Assembly (NCBI RefSeq): GCF_018977255.1
Contig: NW_024704743.1
Span: 103,294,001 to 103,358,000, forward strand
Length of the DNA stretch: 64,000 nucleotides
Reading direction: 5' to 3'
Origin: Callorhinchus milii
Taxonomy: Eukaryota
Shown here: positions 63,734 through 64,000 of the stretch, piece after piece
Layout: every line of letters starts with the position of its first letter
How positions within the stretch are numbered: position 1 is the first letter of the stretch
Translations under genes and position numbers: made by a program
The notes under the pieces: generated by a model
Database searches by the model: none
Seen by the model: only the letters and a program-made list of their open reading frames with translations
What the model was told of the DNA's origin: nothing

Positions 63734-64000
63734 GATTTGGGAAGTACACTTTTTTTTGTTCAGCTGGGTGATACACGTAGAAAACTATCATCAAGTTTCA
63801 GAGCATTCAAAACCAAACAGAGTTCCATGCATGTCATCTATGGAGTTATGAATACACAGAATGTGGTATTGCATTTGATACCGCACCTTTATATTTGGAG
63901 GGCATCTCAAAATGCTTCAGAGAAGTTTCTATAAAATACACGTGTCACAAACAGCCAGGAAGTAAATAAACAATAAATAAGGCAAGAAAATATTTAATTC

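Larger units (their letters stand above)
42220..64000 (-). other. CSMD3: Probable intron upstream of the CSMD exon (intron 2, partial)
   Basis: Ends in TTTGTTTTGCTGCAG acceptor at 42220. The preceding CUB exon (IESPGFP..Y...NCTW) was not found in the window. Confidence 0.65.

Noticed and set aside
1..64000. CRISPR array, operon or novel multi-gene system
   Set aside because: Repeats are dispersed retroposons without regular repeat-spacer periodicity; no intact long non-TE ORFs; the window behaves as a single vertebrate gene's intronic region.

Overview
This is vertebrate nuclear DNA, not prokaryotic. The repeat content (tRNA-headed SINEs with L2-type tails, Deu-domain SINEs, L2 and CR1 LINEs) points to a cartilaginous fish, possibly a chimaera; the taxon is an inference. 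The only host coding sequence I can support is one 113-bp internal exon on the minus strand (42107-42219, canonical AG/GT). It encodes the end of the first CUB domain of a CSMD protein, best matching CSMD3 exon 3. The rest is most simply read as the two large flanking introns, filled with retroposons of several ages. These include about 12 copies of a young tRNA(Ala-like)/CORE-like/L2-tail SINE in long and internally deleted forms, about 11 old Deu-domain SINEs, at least three L2 lineages, CR1 fragments, and faint relics resembling LF-SINE and AmnSINE2. Almost all entries in the ORF track are repeat-derived or chance. I see no evidence of a novel multi-gene system. The most interesting signals are the modular SINE and its co-varying 3' stem-loop shared with L2, nested insertions that order the families in time, a near-identical inverted L2 pair bracketing the exon, a candidate micro-exon or recursive splice site, and several palindromic or templated repair-like scars. 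Repeat family names come from recalled consensus sequences, and boundaries of old repeats are approximate (about 10-30 bp).
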